A stretch of DNA of 64,000 bases from Candidatus Nomurabacteria bacterium (GCA_020639315.1 JACKGM010000001.1:146511-210510), one strand, 5' to 3'. Shown: positions 31,561 to 43,631, counted from the first letter of the stretch. Numbers and translations: made by a program. The notes: a model not told the origin generated them from the letters alone.

Positions 31561-33648
31561 CTACCTATCTAACAAATCTGGATTTTCTTGTAATAATCGC
31601 AACAAATTACCCCTAACCCAATTTGCATCATCACCCCAAAAATCTTCCCTACCATCTACCCCAGCTCCAGGATTATTCTTAAGGTATTCATCCCTGACCT
31701 CCGCATGACCCTTTACAAGTTCTTCAATCCCACCCTCAATAGTAGGGGCATTTTCTAGCTTCTCAGCTAGTTCTGGCGTACTCTTTATCATATACAGTAA
31801 CGAGTAGACTAGCTGTTCAAACTGCTCTTTTGTAATATCCTCATATTTTTCGGCTTCTACTTCAACCCCTATACTTACCTCACTGTATGGTGGATTATGT
31901 ACGCCCCAAACATTAAAGGGTGCAAACTGGTAAGTACCTTCACTACCAACAAACATGTGAACCATTTTTCCCTTATCTGCCATTGAGTTAAATAATCTAC
32001 CACCTTCACTAGCGGGAACACCCAGGTTATCTGCTTGTGCCTGCCTCAGTGGTTCTAGATTAGCCGCTGTAAAATGAAGTGTAATAAATTCTACAGGACC
32101 GGGGAACTCCCCTCGAATAAACCGTTCTCGTTGTCCCGATATTGAGATGATCGAGGTATCTAGGCTATTAATAAATTCTTGGTAGCCCTCACGACTAAGC
32201 TCAAGCGAAGGTCTACCCTCTTGATTATCGAGGTTAGCCGCAACTGGCCCAAGCTGTGGAATCTGTTCTGTTTTATCGGGCTGACTAATCTGTATAACCC
32301 CCATTGAGCCACCTGCCTGCAAAGCAACCCACACCTGACTCGCAAGCTTTACAAGCTTATCATAGTACTCAGGGTCTGTGGAATATCGAAGACCTTCGCT
32401 GTCAGTAATCGCTCCTATGAAAGACTCTGCACTTTGCTTATCGGACTCAGATAATCGATAGTTCTCTAGCCTATCACGAAATGCCCCAAAAGACTTTTCG
32501 GGGCTACTATACTTATGAAAAAGTGCATCAACCTCAACTTGATACTGATTACCTTCTTCCCCCACTACACGTACGGTCAAGTCAGTATTGTGCTTGAGGT
32601 TGAATTCCTCAAGTCTTCGTTGCTCTTGAATTAGTTGATCCTCAGTAAAATATTCGGCGGTCTTTTTAATATATACTTGATCTAGGCTGTTGATAGCACT
32701 ATAATCTCTAACCTTTAAGCCAAAAAGGTTGTTTGCCTCCCTAGCAAGTTCTGAAGTACCTCCGTCCGATTCTAGGTAAGCCATAGCCAATACGGCATCC
32801 ACTGGTAGTCCAGTTTGACGAGCTGCCTCTTGGTATTGATTGGTAAAAGTGCTCAGCTCATTGACTTCACCTTCTACTTGATCACTAGTTTCAGCTTTGC
32901 TAGACAAAGGTATTTTTATGACCTGACCTGGTTTTAGGTCAGTAGGTTCTATCCCGTTGGCAGTTATTAGATCCGCTACGCTAACCCCATACTTTTGGGC
33001 TATAGCATATAGAGTATCACCTTTTGAAACAATATAACTAGCTTGATTCAATTCAAATCGGGGACTTGGGGACACGACCAAGTATCCACCTTCAGGCAAC
33101 TCAAACATTATCTGACCAAAGTCTCCCGTATTGTAACCAAAGCCATCAGCAGTACTCAGTGCTTCCTCCAAGCTATCACAAACAACTAAGCCTGGAATTA
33201 GATTAACATAAATATTACGATCGTCTTCCGCGATCAATGATTCAGCCCTTGGGTCACCTGGTGCTAAATTTGGATAGAAGTTAGCAATTATCTCCTGCTT
33301 GTATTTCGTAATATTATCAACTTTATCTTTTGGGTAGACTAGTGATAAGCTGGTTGGCTGTTTATATTTATCACTGCTCTCACCGTTTTCCATCGTATCG
33401 ACTACTAGTCCAGAGTAGCCAGCTTTGGCCATTGGTACTTCAATCATTTCAGCTAAGGTATTGTCACAATAATTTGCTTCATTATCCGAACTAACCACCT
33501 TATGAGCAACAACCGACAAAACTGCCACTGCCAATAATCCTGCCAGCCATTTTCTTGTTCTTTCGTTAAATCCTGGACCAGATTCAGGATTGCCAAACTG
33601 TTCTGGATTGACTTCAATCGGGCCGGTATCTGCTCTATTATCATTCAT
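31561..33648 (-). CDS. multidomain peptidoglycan hydrolase (TM anchor, LysM, glucosaminidase-like, amidase_2-like)
   Basis: LysM is YIVSKGDTLYAIAQKYGVSVADLITANG. The GH73-like segment is AMAYLESDGGTSELAREANNLFGLK. The C-terminal amidase-like segment is ITLHFTA...SIGVEVEA...GHAEV. Confidence 0.6.
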   Translation of the reverse strand: MNDNRADTGPIEVNPEQFGNPESGPGFNERTRKWLAGLLAVAVLSVVAHKVVSSDNEANYCDNTLAEMIEVPMAKAGYSGLVVDTMENGESSDKYKQPTSLSLVYPKDKVDNITKYKQEIIANFYPNLAPGDPRAESLIAEDDRNIYVNLIPGLVVCDSLEEALSTADGFGYNTGDFGQIMFELPEGGYLVVSPSPRFELNQASYIVSKGDTLYAIAQKYGVSVADLITANGIEPTDLKPGQVIKIPLSSKAETSDQVEGEVNELSTFTNQYQEAARQTGLPVDAVLAMAYLESDGGTSELAREANNLFGLKVRDYSAINSLDQVYIKKTAEYFTEDQLIQEQRRLEEFNLKHNTDLTVRVVGEEGNQYQVEVDALFHKYSSPEKSFGAFRDRLENYRLSESDKQSAESFIGAITDSEGLRYSTDPEYYDKLVKLASQVWVALQAGGSMGVIQISQPDKTEQIPQLGPVAANLDNQEGRPSLELSREGYQEFINSLDTSIISISGQRERFIRGEFPGPVEFITLHFTAANLEPLRQAQADNLGVPASEGGRLFNSMADKGKMVHMFVGSEGTYQFAPFNVWGVHNPPYSEVSIGVEVEAEKYEDITKEQFEQLVYSLLYMIKSTPELAEKLENAPTIEGGIEELVKGHAEVRDEYLKNNPGAGVDGREDFWGDDANWVRGNLLRLLQENPDLLDR

Positions 33649-33955
33649 AGGTTTATTTTTATTTTTTATTAACTCTACAGTTATAAATTATCATAGGTTA
33701 CTTATAATAGTCAACCTAAGAGACCTTTACTTTAACCTCAGCTCGACATAACTAAACAGCTAAATAACCCCAACCAGTAATCTTTTTTCTCTTTGGTAAA
33801 GTTATACTATGGTTTGATTTCGGACCTCTGCCTGCTCTATTGCTGTGCGGCTGGGCAGTATTTGATTCAATTGACCTATATGCTTCATAACTTTATAGGC
33901 ATACACAAAACTATATAAAGTTACAAGACATGCTCGATAGCTTTGGTCAGCTTTT

Positions 33956-34957
33956 TTACAGTAACTTTTTCTTAAACTTCTCGACTAGCTCAACCGCCAC
34001 AGCATCGACATGGTTGAGTTCTGCCAGGTATGCACTCAGATAGTCTCCAGCTAGAATCGTCATAAAAAGTTGCTGAAGGTAAGTCTGACCTGGAGCCTTA
34101 AATGTATGATGGACAAAACCATACTCTTCTAGAAGCTTGGGCATCAAATGCATCCTCTTAAGGTTCCTGCCATTGTCTAGGCCAGATACCAGCTGAACAA
34201 CTACTAAATTATCCTTGCTACTAGGTAAGATCCAGCCATTCATCTCATTGTGATTAAGCTCGGGATAATAATTATAGAAGGCTAGATTTTTGGCATTCTC
34301 ATTGATATCAATCTTCCACTTATACCCTGCACTTTGCAGATTACTACTAGTATAGACCATCGGAATTTTACCAGACAATTTACTTGCCAGATCTTTGATC
34401 TGATTATCCCCAGTATTATCCAGACTGAACTGCGCTTTATAAACATCTAGCCAGTTGGCTAAATCCATCAGTTCTCGATCGATATCGGAAAACTCGAGCA
34501 GATTGTAATAATCCAAAATCTCCACTAAGGCTTTGAGATTGGCAAATACTGCCAATCTGGGCTGAACATTTGGTGCCAGTCTAGCGATATCAAACCCCCT
34601 CTGGTCTGCCTCTTCGAGCAACTTACCACCGCTAGTAATCACTGCAATCTGGGTATTGAGTCTAATCGCTTGTTCTAGGCAAACCAGTGTCTCTTCGGTA
34701 TTGCCCGAATAGCTACTGGCAATAAATAGCGTGTGTTCATCTAGCATTTCTGAGACACTGTACCCCCTCGATATTTCTAGGGGCACTCGCAAGGTATCCC
34801 TGAAGGCTTCTTTGACTATTTCCGCACCCAGAGCGGAACCTCCCATACCTGCGACCACCACCCTAGTAATGCCTTCGGCTTTATCTGATGATTTTGCCCT
34901 AAAATAGTCTTGTCTCAGCTGGGCTGGCTGAGAATCAATCATAGTAAATATATCCAT
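33956..34957 (-). CDS. bifunctional phosphoglucose/phosphomannose isomerase (SIS domain)
   Basis: VVAGMGGSALGAE and SYSGNTEE motifs. The track start at 34981 lies inside a MITE, so the start was moved to ATG 34957 (uncertain). Confidence 0.75.
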   Translation of the reverse strand: MDIFTMIDSQPAQLRQDYFRAKSSDKAEGITRVVVAGMGGSALGAEIVKEAFRDTLRVPLEISRGYSVSEMLDEHTLFIASSYSGNTEETLVCLEQAIRLNTQIAVITSGGKLLEEADQRGFDIARLAPNVQPRLAVFANLKALVEILDYYNLLEFSDIDRELMDLANWLDVYKAQFSLDNTGDNQIKDLASKLSGKIPMVYTSSNLQSAGYKWKIDINENAKNLAFYNYYPELNHNEMNGWILPSSKDNLVVVQLVSGLDNGRNLKRMHLMPKLLEEYGFVHHTFKAPGQTYLQQLFMTILAGDYLSAYLAELNHVDAVAVELVEKFKKKLL

Positions 34958-34967
34958 ATTTAGAGTA

Positions 34968-35131
34968 TATAGCATACTCAAAACAAAACCAGCCCTTTAA
35001 CCCACTACTAAAGTACAAAAATCTAGTTTTTCTATTCGCCTTATCATAAGTAAGGTTCACAAAAAAGAACTAACTTTCTAGCTCTTTATTAGTAGTCCCA
35101 AATTGTTTGGTTTTATTTTGGATATGCTATA
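34968..35131 (+). mobile_element. 164-bp MITE, family 2, divergent copy
   Basis: tatagcatactcaaaacaaaaccag...caaattgtttggttttattttggatatgctata has the same length and end structure as 11168-11331. Confidence 0.65.
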
Positions 35132-35184
35132 GCACCCGCAAGCAACCTACGATTTACTAACCCCGTTGCCTCGATAGCGAGCCC

Positions 35185-35386
35185 AAATACTGGATCTCCG
35201 GTATTACCCCAAGGGGTAATCCGAAGATGACAGGAAAGGGTGGATCTCCGGTATTACCCTCCGGGTAATCCGAAGATGACACGGGAAGGGCATTGTCATC
35301 CTCCGAAGTTCAGAGAACTTACGGGGGATCCAGAGCATTAGTCATCCTCCGAAACCCAGAGGGTTTACGGGGGATCCAGTATTTTT
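35185..35386. repeat. hairpin-unit repeat cluster
   Basis: Two forward type-2 and two reverse type-1 units. Preceded by a ~57-bp module (35128-35184) that recurs inverted at 48161-48216. Confidence 0.9.
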
Positions 35387-35481
35387 TGTACTCGCGTTGA
35401 TTATACTCAATCTCAAACACGCAGGATAACTCTACTTGCAAGAACGATTCTGGAGAAAAGATTTATGGAGTAACGTAGCCC

Positions 35482-37110
<1,629 letters not shown>

Positions 37111-37122
37111 CTATTCTCTCCT

Positions 37123-37392
37123 TTATTCTACTACTGCTAAAACATCTTCTTCTTTTAATAGAAGAATTTCTTGACCTTCTATCTTATAATTGGTTGGACC
37201 ATATTGGCTATACAAGACAACCTGTCCGACCTTTAATTCCTTGACATCCACACCGATTGCTAACACTTTGCCTTGTTCGGTTTTCTCCTGAGCGTTTTCT
37301 GGCAAGATAATTCCCGCTGGTGACTTAACTGTCACCTCAATCTTTTCAAGTACTACTCTATCCGCCAAAGGTTTTAATGATACTTTACCCAT
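37123..37392 (-). CDS. groS: co-chaperonin GroES
   Basis: [13 protein letters not shown]-terminus, 89 aa, directly upstream of groEL. Confidence 0.95.
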   Translation of the reverse strand: MGKVSLKPLADRVVLEKIEVTVKSPAGIILPENAQEKTEQGKVLAIGVDVKELKVGQVVLYSQYGPTNYKIEGQEILLLKEEDVLAVVE

Positions 37393-37431
37393 TGATTCTG
37401 TTCTCCTTATCTCTAATAAATAATTTGGCTC

Positions 37432-37458
37432 TTAGCACTCTTGGTCTTTGAGTGCTAA
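37432..37458 (-). promoter_or_regulatory. CIRCE operator upstream of groES
   Basis: TTAGCACTC-N9-GAGTGCTAA, a perfect match. Confidence 0.9.
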
Positions 37459-37468
37459 CTTAAGTTTA

Positions 37469-38110
37469 TTATTCCCTTTCTATTTTGTCAAGAACAGCCG
37501 AAACAGCATGGAGACTAAGCAGATCTCTCTCGACCACCGTAAATGACTTGATGGTGATATTTCTAGCCTGGGCGAAAGTCTTATATTTGTGTAAGCTAAA
37601 TACAAACTGATCAATCCAGCCCAAAACCTTACTCCCAGTATTAGACCAAAACCAGCTACTATTATTATCACTGATCACCCCCCCTTGATCGACCCCAATA
37701 GCCTGCTGACTGAACAATGGCTCAAGCCCGAGCGTTTGATACCACTTCTCTTCCCCGTACACTGGAATCATCACATTGATGTTCTCGCTAGTATAATCAA
37801 GTAGGGGACTAAGCTTGATCTGCCAAGCACTAAACTTTGTCGATATTACTGTCCCTAGACTAAACTTACCAGATTTTGAGACTGAGTTCTCCTTGATATT
37901 AAGCAAACTAAATACGAACAGATACCAAGCTTTGGTCAAATAAATCCGATTGGGCCTAACTAAGGCAACCAAATCAATATCACTAGCTGAAGTTGCTTGC
38001 CCTTTGGCTACACTCCCGGTGACCAAAATTGCCTCTACCCAGGGTAGACAAGATAGTAAGGCCTGGTATCTCTTTGCTTTATCCACTAATTGCTGACTAT
38101 TGAAGCTCAA
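37469..38110 (-). CDS. nucleotidyltransferase (Pol-beta fold) domain protein
   Basis: The GS...DIDL motif is present (VTGSVAKGQATSASDIDLVALV). Confidence 0.55.
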   Translation of the reverse strand: MSFNSQQLVDKAKRYQALLSCLPWVEAILVTGSVAKGQATSASDIDLVALVRPNRIYLTKAWYLFVFSLLNIKENSVSKSGKFSLGTVISTKFSAWQIKLSPLLDYTSENINVMIPVYGEEKWYQTLGLEPLFSQQAIGVDQGGVISDNNSSWFWSNTGSKVLGWIDQFVFSLHKYKTFAQARNITIKSFTVVERDLLSLHAVSAVLDKIERE

Positions 38111-38112
38111 TA

Positions 38113-39468
38113 CTATTGACCTTCAATAAAATTGACCAGTTCGGTTAATGCTTGGCTAGTTAGCTCTTGGCTCTTTGACTCGAGGTTGATTCTCAGATAC
38201 GGCTCGGTATTGGATGCACGAATATTTGCCCACCAATCTCCACTATCTATACTAACCCCGTCCAAAAAGTTCAATTTCTTATCCGAGTATTTACCAGCCA
38301 AAGCTTCCAAAACCTGATCTTTGGCTTCTACTTCCAGGTTGATCTCCCCAGACGAATCGTAGCTAACAAATCGTCTCCTAATCTCTGCCAGAGTCAACTT
38401 CTTATCCTCTAGATATTTAATTACCTTGAGAGTAGTCAATAATCCGCTATCTATCATATAATTGTCGGCAAAATAGTAATGTCCTGAGGATTCTACCCCT
38501 AAGTCTGCCTGATGGCTAATCATTGCCTCCCGGATCGAAAGATATCCAGCCTTACTAATGATGGTTTCAATCCCCAGGCGCTTAGCTAGATCTAAGACAT
38601 TGCGAGATATTCTGATTCCATGCACCAATTTAAGCTTCTTATCTGGATACTGATCCCTAAGGGCCAATACTAAGACAATCGCAGTCAGATTCCCGTCAAT
38701 AAAATCTCCATAATTGTCGACAAAAAATGCCCTGTCGCCATCACCATCAAAACCAACCCCCAAGTCAAGCTTTTTATCTTGCACCAACATAGCAAGATCC
38801 CTCATGTTTTGAGGCAACATCGGGTAGGCTGGGTGATTGGGGAAGCTTCCATCTAGCTCCTGATAAATAGCATCTAGCTCTAGCTTAGTTTTTTGCTTAA
38901 GCTGGTCTACAAATATCCCAGCCATTCCATTGCCCGAATCATATCCTAGCTTGATTTTTGATAGATTGCCGACCACGCCCAGGCAGTGGTCAATCCAGAT
39001 ATCTAAGACCTCCTTGTTTTCAACTTTGCCTGACTGATCAGAGGTAGGGTTAAACTCTTGATTTATTATCTTATCTCTTAATACTTCTAGCCCGGTACCC
39101 AAACCAAGTGAAGTAATACAGCCATTTCTTAACCCCCCAGATACTTTTATCCCAGAATATACTCCAGGATTATGGCTAGCTGTCACCATAAATCCTCCTG
39201 AGTAACCGAACTTGGCAATTGAAAAATTCAACATATCCGTAGTAACCAAACCCAGATCTACTACTTGGCGTCCTTGGACTACCAACCCTTCAATGATTGA
39301 GCTGGCTAATTCTTGAGATTCGGGTCTCATATCTCGACCGACTACAATTATCCCGGCAGAGAAGTAATCTGCCCCAGCTTTACCCAATAAAAAAGCTAGT
39401 CTCGGACTAACATCCTCGACTAGCCCACGAATATCATAACTTTTGAACACATCAAAATTAAGTTTCAC
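38113..39468 (-). CDS. phosphohexomutase (phosphomannomutase/phosphoglucosamine mutase family)
   Basis: TASHNPGVYSGIK active-site loop and GFDGDGDR metal loop. Start set at GTG 39468, 6 nt after GGGAGG. Confidence 0.8.
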   Translation of the reverse strand: MKLNFDVFKSYDIRGLVEDVSPRLAFLLGKAGADYFSAGIIVVGRDMRPESQELASSIIEGLVVQGRQVVDLGLVTTDMLNFSIAKFGYSGGFMVTASHNPGVYSGIKVSGGLRNGCITSLGLGTGLEVLRDKIINQEFNPTSDQSGKVENKEVLDIWIDHCLGVVGNLSKIKLGYDSGNGMAGIFVDQLKQKTKLELDAIYQELDGSFPNHPAYPMLPQNMRDLAMLVQDKKLDLGVGFDGDGDRAFFVDNYGDFIDGNLTAIVLVLALRDQYPDKKLKLVHGIRISRNVLDLAKRLGIETIISKAGYLSIREAMISHQADLGVESSGHYYFADNYMIDSGLLTTLKVIKYLEDKKLTLAEIRRRFVSYDSSGEINLEVEAKDQVLEALAGKYSDKKLNFLDGVSIDSGDWWANIRASNTEPYLRINLESKSQELTSQALTELVNFIEGQ

Positions 39469-39746
39469 GTGAAACCTCCCAATAGAAAATCCACCGTGTG
39501 TCACACCACACGTTCAAAAAGCAACACACTATACCGTCATTTCCCCTTTGATTACCTCTGTAGACAACCACCAGAGAAACCCATTTTTGTTTTACCTACC
39601 TATTGTATCACGGTTAAGTTAAATGTAAAGGGGGCCCTAGGTTCATAAAAAACTAGATTTTTAGACTTTAGTAGTGGGTCAAAAGTCTGGTTTTGTTTTT
39701 AACTTGCATATCTAAGGATAAGCCTCTCTTTAGAAAGAGAACTATT

Positions 39747-39907
39747 AACCCTGTTGCCATATAAACTTGCGAGGTCAAAGCTGATGATTTTTATTCCAGA
39801 CTACCAAAACACGACAAAGCATAACAGGAGTTACGCTGCGAAGTGTTTTGCTAGTCTGGGGCAAAAATGGCAGTTTTGAAGCCGTGAGGTTATATGGCAA
39901 CAGGGTT
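39747..39907 (+). mobile_element. 161-bp MITE, family 1, copy 1
   Basis: 18-bp perfect inverted ends AACCCTGTTGCCATATAA. Flanked by the direct repeat ATT. One difference from copy 3. Confidence 0.9.
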
Positions 39908-40015
39908 ATTACATAGCCCATACTCAAGAATTTATTGCGGCAAGACATAGTGTTAGGTCTATATTCAGGAAATTGGGGAATTGGATTTTGTTTTGAGCTT
40001 GCTATAATATTCTCT

Positions 40016-41038
40016 ATGTCCAAAATCAAATCTACTACAAGAAACTTTAAGCTAATCGACAACCAACAAGAATGGGATAGCTTGATTCAAGAGTCCATAG
40101 ACAATCACCCTCTTCAACTCTGGGGCTGGGGGGAACAAAAAATAAACTTTGGCTGGCAAGCTTACAGGATATACTCTGCACCAACAAACATGGCTATGCA
40201 GGTTTTACTAAAACCAATACCAGGAACTCGTTATTTGTTTGGACATATTCCTAGAGGACCAGTCCGCATACATGCCCAAGCAACCCAGGCGCAATCTTCT
40301 AAAGTTAAGCTTCAGGATATACTTAAATTCTTTAAAATGAACCATGTAACATCCTTGAGGTTTGAACCTAGTACTCTTGATTCCGAGGTCAACCCCTTTA
40401 TAATACTAAACCCAAGCAAAACCTACTCAAGTCATATTCTAACAAACCATACTTTGGTCATAGACTTAACCCAAGGCATTGATGAAATCAGATCAGGTAT
40501 GTCTACTAGTTGCCGTTATAGTGTCAACAAATCAGCCAAACAAACCTCGATAGTTAGCCTACTTGATCACCCGGAATATTATCCAGATGTCTACAAGATA
40601 TACCAAGAGACAGCCAATAAGGCAGGTTTTGGACTTTATAGTTTCGACTACTACAAAGCACAGTTGACTAATATGCTTGGTAGCCTGGATGTTTTAATTA
40701 GCCTAGATAATCAAACAGGCAAGCCTATTGCTTTCCTCTGGAACGCATATAGTAGAGATATTGCCTTTGAACTTTATGCCGGAGTCAGTCATCAGGGTCG
40801 CAAATTACGTGCCAACTATAACCTTAAATACCAAGCAATCTTAAATGCAAAAAAGAGGGGTCAAAAGGTTTATGATTTCAACGGTAGGCTTAATGATCGG
40901 GTAGACTCCTTTAAACAATCTTTCGGACCTACTATAATAGACAGGGTACCTACCAAAAAAATAGCCTTGAGTCATCTTGATAAGCCGATGGAAAGTTTGG
41001 AATATATCTATAGGCAGTATAAAAGGTACCGAATATGA
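40016..41038 (+). CDS. FemAB-family peptidyltransferase (peptidoglycan interpeptide bridge formation)
   Basis: About 340 aa. The C-terminal half (LYAGVSHQGRKLRANYNLKYQAILNAKKRGQKVYDFNG) fits the FemAB/GNAT-like fold. Start moved to ATG 40016. Confidence 0.7.
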   Translation: MSKIKSTTRNFKLIDNQQEWDSLIQESIDNHPLQLWGWGEQKINFGWQAYRIYSAPTNMAMQVLLKPIPGTRYLFGHIPRGPVRIHAQATQAQSSKVKLQDILKFFKMNHVTSLRFEPSTLDSEVNPFIILNPSKTYSSHILTNHTLVIDLTQGIDEIRSGMSTSCRYSVNKSAKQTSIVSLLDHPEYYPDVYKIYQETANKAGFGLYSFDYYKAQLTNMLGSLDVLISLDNQTGKPIAFLWNAYSRDIAFELYAGVSHQGRKLRANYNLKYQAILNAKKRGQKVYDFNGRLNDRVDSFKQSFGPTIIDRVPTKKIALSHLDKPMESLEYIYRQYKRYRI

Positions 41039-42051
41039 TCAAATCCTTACAATTTAAAAACTATAATTCTAAACTCAAATCCCAACACTTCCAACAGCTA
41101 TATACCTGGGCCCAATTCAAACAATCTACTGGTTGGAATCCTTTTTATCTAGAATTTGATGATTTACCAATCTTGGTGCTTAGTAAAGACCTACCTTTGA
41201 TCGGAACCGTATTTCAAATACCAAAGGGTCCAGTACTTAGCATTGATGATTATGAAAAGTTTAGCCAATCAGTGCAAGATTATATCCGAACAAACTACAA
41301 ACATCCAGCTATTTTGAGAGTTGACCCTCATATCCTAGAATCTCAATTTAAAGCTCCTGGTAATTGGCAAAAAGAAAATACTAGTATGCAGTTTTCCTCT
41401 ACAGTTCTTTTGGACATTAGCGACCCGCTGGATCCTGTCCTAGCAAGCTTTAAGCAAAAAACTCGCTATAATATTCGCCTAGCTAATAAAAAAGGGGTGG
41501 AGATAATCAATAGTCAGAAATCTCAAATCAGTATCGAAAACTCGGTCGATACTCTGTATAAATTAATGGCAATCACCCAATCTAGGGCAGGTTATTTCTT
41601 GAGACCAAAAACATATTTTGCAAACTACTGGAATAGGTATCATCAGGCCGATCATGGAACATTTATCTTTGCCAAGTATCAAGATCAAATTATTGCTGGG
41701 GGGTTCTTTATATACCATGACCAGCTTGGCTACTACAAAGATGGTGGTTCCAATGGTCAACATCGTTCGAGCATGGCTCCTTATTTATTGCAGTGGGAGG
41801 CAATGTCCTACCTCAAATCTCAAGGGGTAGAGCAGTATGACTTTGTCGGAGCACCTCATTCTACCCAGCTTGATAACAACCATCCTTTTGAGTCGATCTA
41901 TAAGTTTAAGTCGATGTTTAACCCTGAGATTACTGACTATGCTGGTATTTACAATGTTCCCCTTGATCCAGATCGATATAAACGCTACCAGAAGTATTTT
42001 AGATACTATAATTCAATTTATATTAGAACAAAGAAAGATATTTTCTACTAG
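41035..42051 (+). CDS. FemAB-family peptidyltransferase, second paralogue
   Basis: YYKDGGSNGQHRSSMAPYLLQWEAMSYLKSQGVEQYDFVG. 4-bp overlap with the first paralogue. Confidence 0.7.
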   Translation: MIKSLQFKNYNSKLKSQHFQQLYTWAQFKQSTGWNPFYLEFDDLPILVLSKDLPLIGTVFQIPKGPVLSIDDYEKFSQSVQDYIRTNYKHPAILRVDPHILESQFKAPGNWQKENTSMQFSSTVLLDISDPLDPVLASFKQKTRYNIRLANKKGVEIINSQKSQISIENSVDTLYKLMAITQSRAGYFLRPKTYFANYWNRYHQADHGTFIFAKYQDQIIAGGFFIYHDQLGYYKDGGSNGQHRSSMAPYLLQWEAMSYLKSQGVEQYDFVGAPHSTQLDNNHPFESIYKFKSMFNPEITDYAGIYNVPLDPDRYKRYQKYFRYYNSIYIRTKKDIFY

Positions 42052-42073
42052 AGATTTGCTCCCTATACTCGAC

Positions 42074-43087
42074 CTAAATCTCTTCAAGACTTGAATCAAT
42101 CTCAAGCTTGACAGGAATCTTATGCTTAATCATCTGATAAGCAAGAGCACCGATCATTGCGGCATTGTCTGTACATAGGCTTCTATCTGGCAAAAAGACC
42201 TTTGCGTGATCAGAAAACCGTTTTACAAGCTGTTCTCTTAGTCTAGTATTCGCCATCACCCCACCCCCTAAGATAATCGAAGCAGGATCAGTTCGCTCGT
42301 AAGCTAGCTCAAACTTATCGACTATTGTATCTACAACATTCTTTTCGAAACTAGCAGCCAAATCTTTTCTGGTCTGATCATTCCATTGACCAGAATCCTT
42401 CAGCTCAGTGACCAGCCTCAATACAGCCGTTTTAAGCCCCGAAAAACTAAACTCTAAACTATCTCTGCCCAAACGAGCTTTTGGTAACTGATAGACCTGA
42501 CTATCGCCCTCTACAGCAATCCTTGAAAGCTTAGCACCCCCGGGATAACCAAACCCAATCAATCTTGCTACTTTGTCAAAAGCTTCACCGGCTGCATCAT
42601 CCCGGGTTGCCCCCATCAGTTCGTGCTTGAGATTTTGATCGATAAACTGAATATCAGTATGAGCTCCCGATACTACCAAGCTCAGAGTAGGGAAGTCTGG
42701 CCAGGCTTCGGGGCCAGTTGGGTTGATAAAATTGACAAAACTATGAGCCAAGACATGATTGACCCCAATCAAAGGTATTGTATATAGCTCCGATAAGGTT
42801 CTGGCAAACATATTGCCAATGATTAACGCCCCCATTAGACCAGGTCCGCGAGTGACAGCAATATAATCAATCTGATCGATATCGATTCCGGTTTGCTTCA
42901 ATAGTTCTTCTAGTAAGGGCAAAATAGTAGAGAAGTGCTGCCTAGAGGCTACCTCTGGAACTACTCCTCCATACTGATTATGAATCTCGACTTGACTAGC
43001 CACCAGGTGTCCAAGTAGCTTGTAGCCATCCTCTAAGATTGCCAGAGAGGTTTCATCGCAAGAGCTTTCTACTGATAATATTTTCAT
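42074..43087 (-). CDS. tsaD: tRNA N6-adenosine threonylcarbamoyltransferase
   Basis: ILSVESSCDETS N-terminus and the GVNHVLAH motif. Confidence 0.9.
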   Translation of the reverse strand: MKILSVESSCDETSLAILEDGYKLLGHLVASQVEIHNQYGGVVPEVASRQHFSTILPLLEELLKQTGIDIDQIDYIAVTRGPGLMGALIIGNMFARTLSELYTIPLIGVNHVLAHSFVNFINPTGPEAWPDFPTLSLVVSGAHTDIQFIDQNLKHELMGATRDDAAGEAFDKVARLIGFGYPGGAKLSRIAVEGDSQVYQLPKARLGRDSLEFSFSGLKTAVLRLVTELKDSGQWNDQTRKDLAASFEKNVVDTIVDKFELAYERTDPASIILGGGVMANTRLREQLVKRFSDHAKVFLPDRSLCTDNAAMIGALAYQMIKHKIPVKLEIDSSLEEI

Positions 43088-43100
43088 AATTTCACTTCAA

Positions 43101-43177
43101 TGGTGTACCTGGAGGGAGTCGAACCCCCGACCTTTGGAACCGCAATCCAACGCTCTATCCAACTGAGCTACAGGTAC
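43101..43177 (-). tRNA. tRNA-Arg(GCG), CCA encoded
   Basis: Hand fold: GTACCTG/CAGGTAC acceptor, anticodon stem TTGGA/TCCAA, loop TTGCGGT. Confidence 0.8.
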
Positions 43178-43226
43178 AATAATACTGGTAGTTCTCCAAA
43201 GAACAAGTCTATTATATAATCAAACT

Positions 43227-43631
43227 ATGAAAATAGAAAAGCTTAGCTGGGAAGCAACCCTAGATCATAGACTTAATAGAAATCAATTCCAGTCTTGGCT
43301 AGCCTTACTGGTTATCGGTCTGGTTTTGACAGTGTTTTTTCGGTCCTGGCTGGTTTCTCTGGTAATCTTTTTAATTATTATTCTAGTAATAGTTAACCAA
43401 CAAAGACCTCCTCTGACACTTCAATACCAACTGACCCCCAAATCTATCATAATTAATGGCTCTGAATATCCATTTAAAGACTTTAGTAGTGTATCAATAC
43501 CTAGAAATAATACCCTGGTTCTTAACTTTCAAAAACGATTCAAACAAGCTAAAGAGATTCATTTACCAAATACCCTTGAGAAGCAATATAAAATCACTGC
43601 AATCCTTAGCTCCGTACTCCCGATAGAATAA
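43227..43631 (+). CDS. hypothetical two-TM membrane protein
   Basis: 134-aa ORF with two adjacent hydrophobic helices, then a soluble domain. No recognisable motif. Confidence 0.45.
   Translation: MKIEKLSWEATLDHRLNRNQFQSWLALLVIGLVLTVFFRSWLVSLVIFLIIILVIVNQQRPPLTLQYQLTPKSIIINGSEYPFKDFSSVSIPRNNTLVLNFQKRFKQAKEIHLPNTLEKQYKITAILSSVLPIE

Noticed and set aside
39469-39746. Possible riboswitch or ribozyme in the long leader of the phosphohexomutase gene; also examined the repeat-free 33649-33955 gap for an ncRNA.
   Set aside because: I could not match any conserved riboswitch, ribozyme, SRP, tmRNA or RNase P core motif by eye. Part of the leader is MITE-fragment sequence. A covariance-model scan (Rfam/Infernal) would be needed.
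39775-40062. 95-aa minus-strand ORF upstream of the first FemAB-type gene.
   Set aside because: It is made almost entirely of the family-1 MITE and adjacent repeat fragments, and the same sequence is non-coding at the other two MITE copies.
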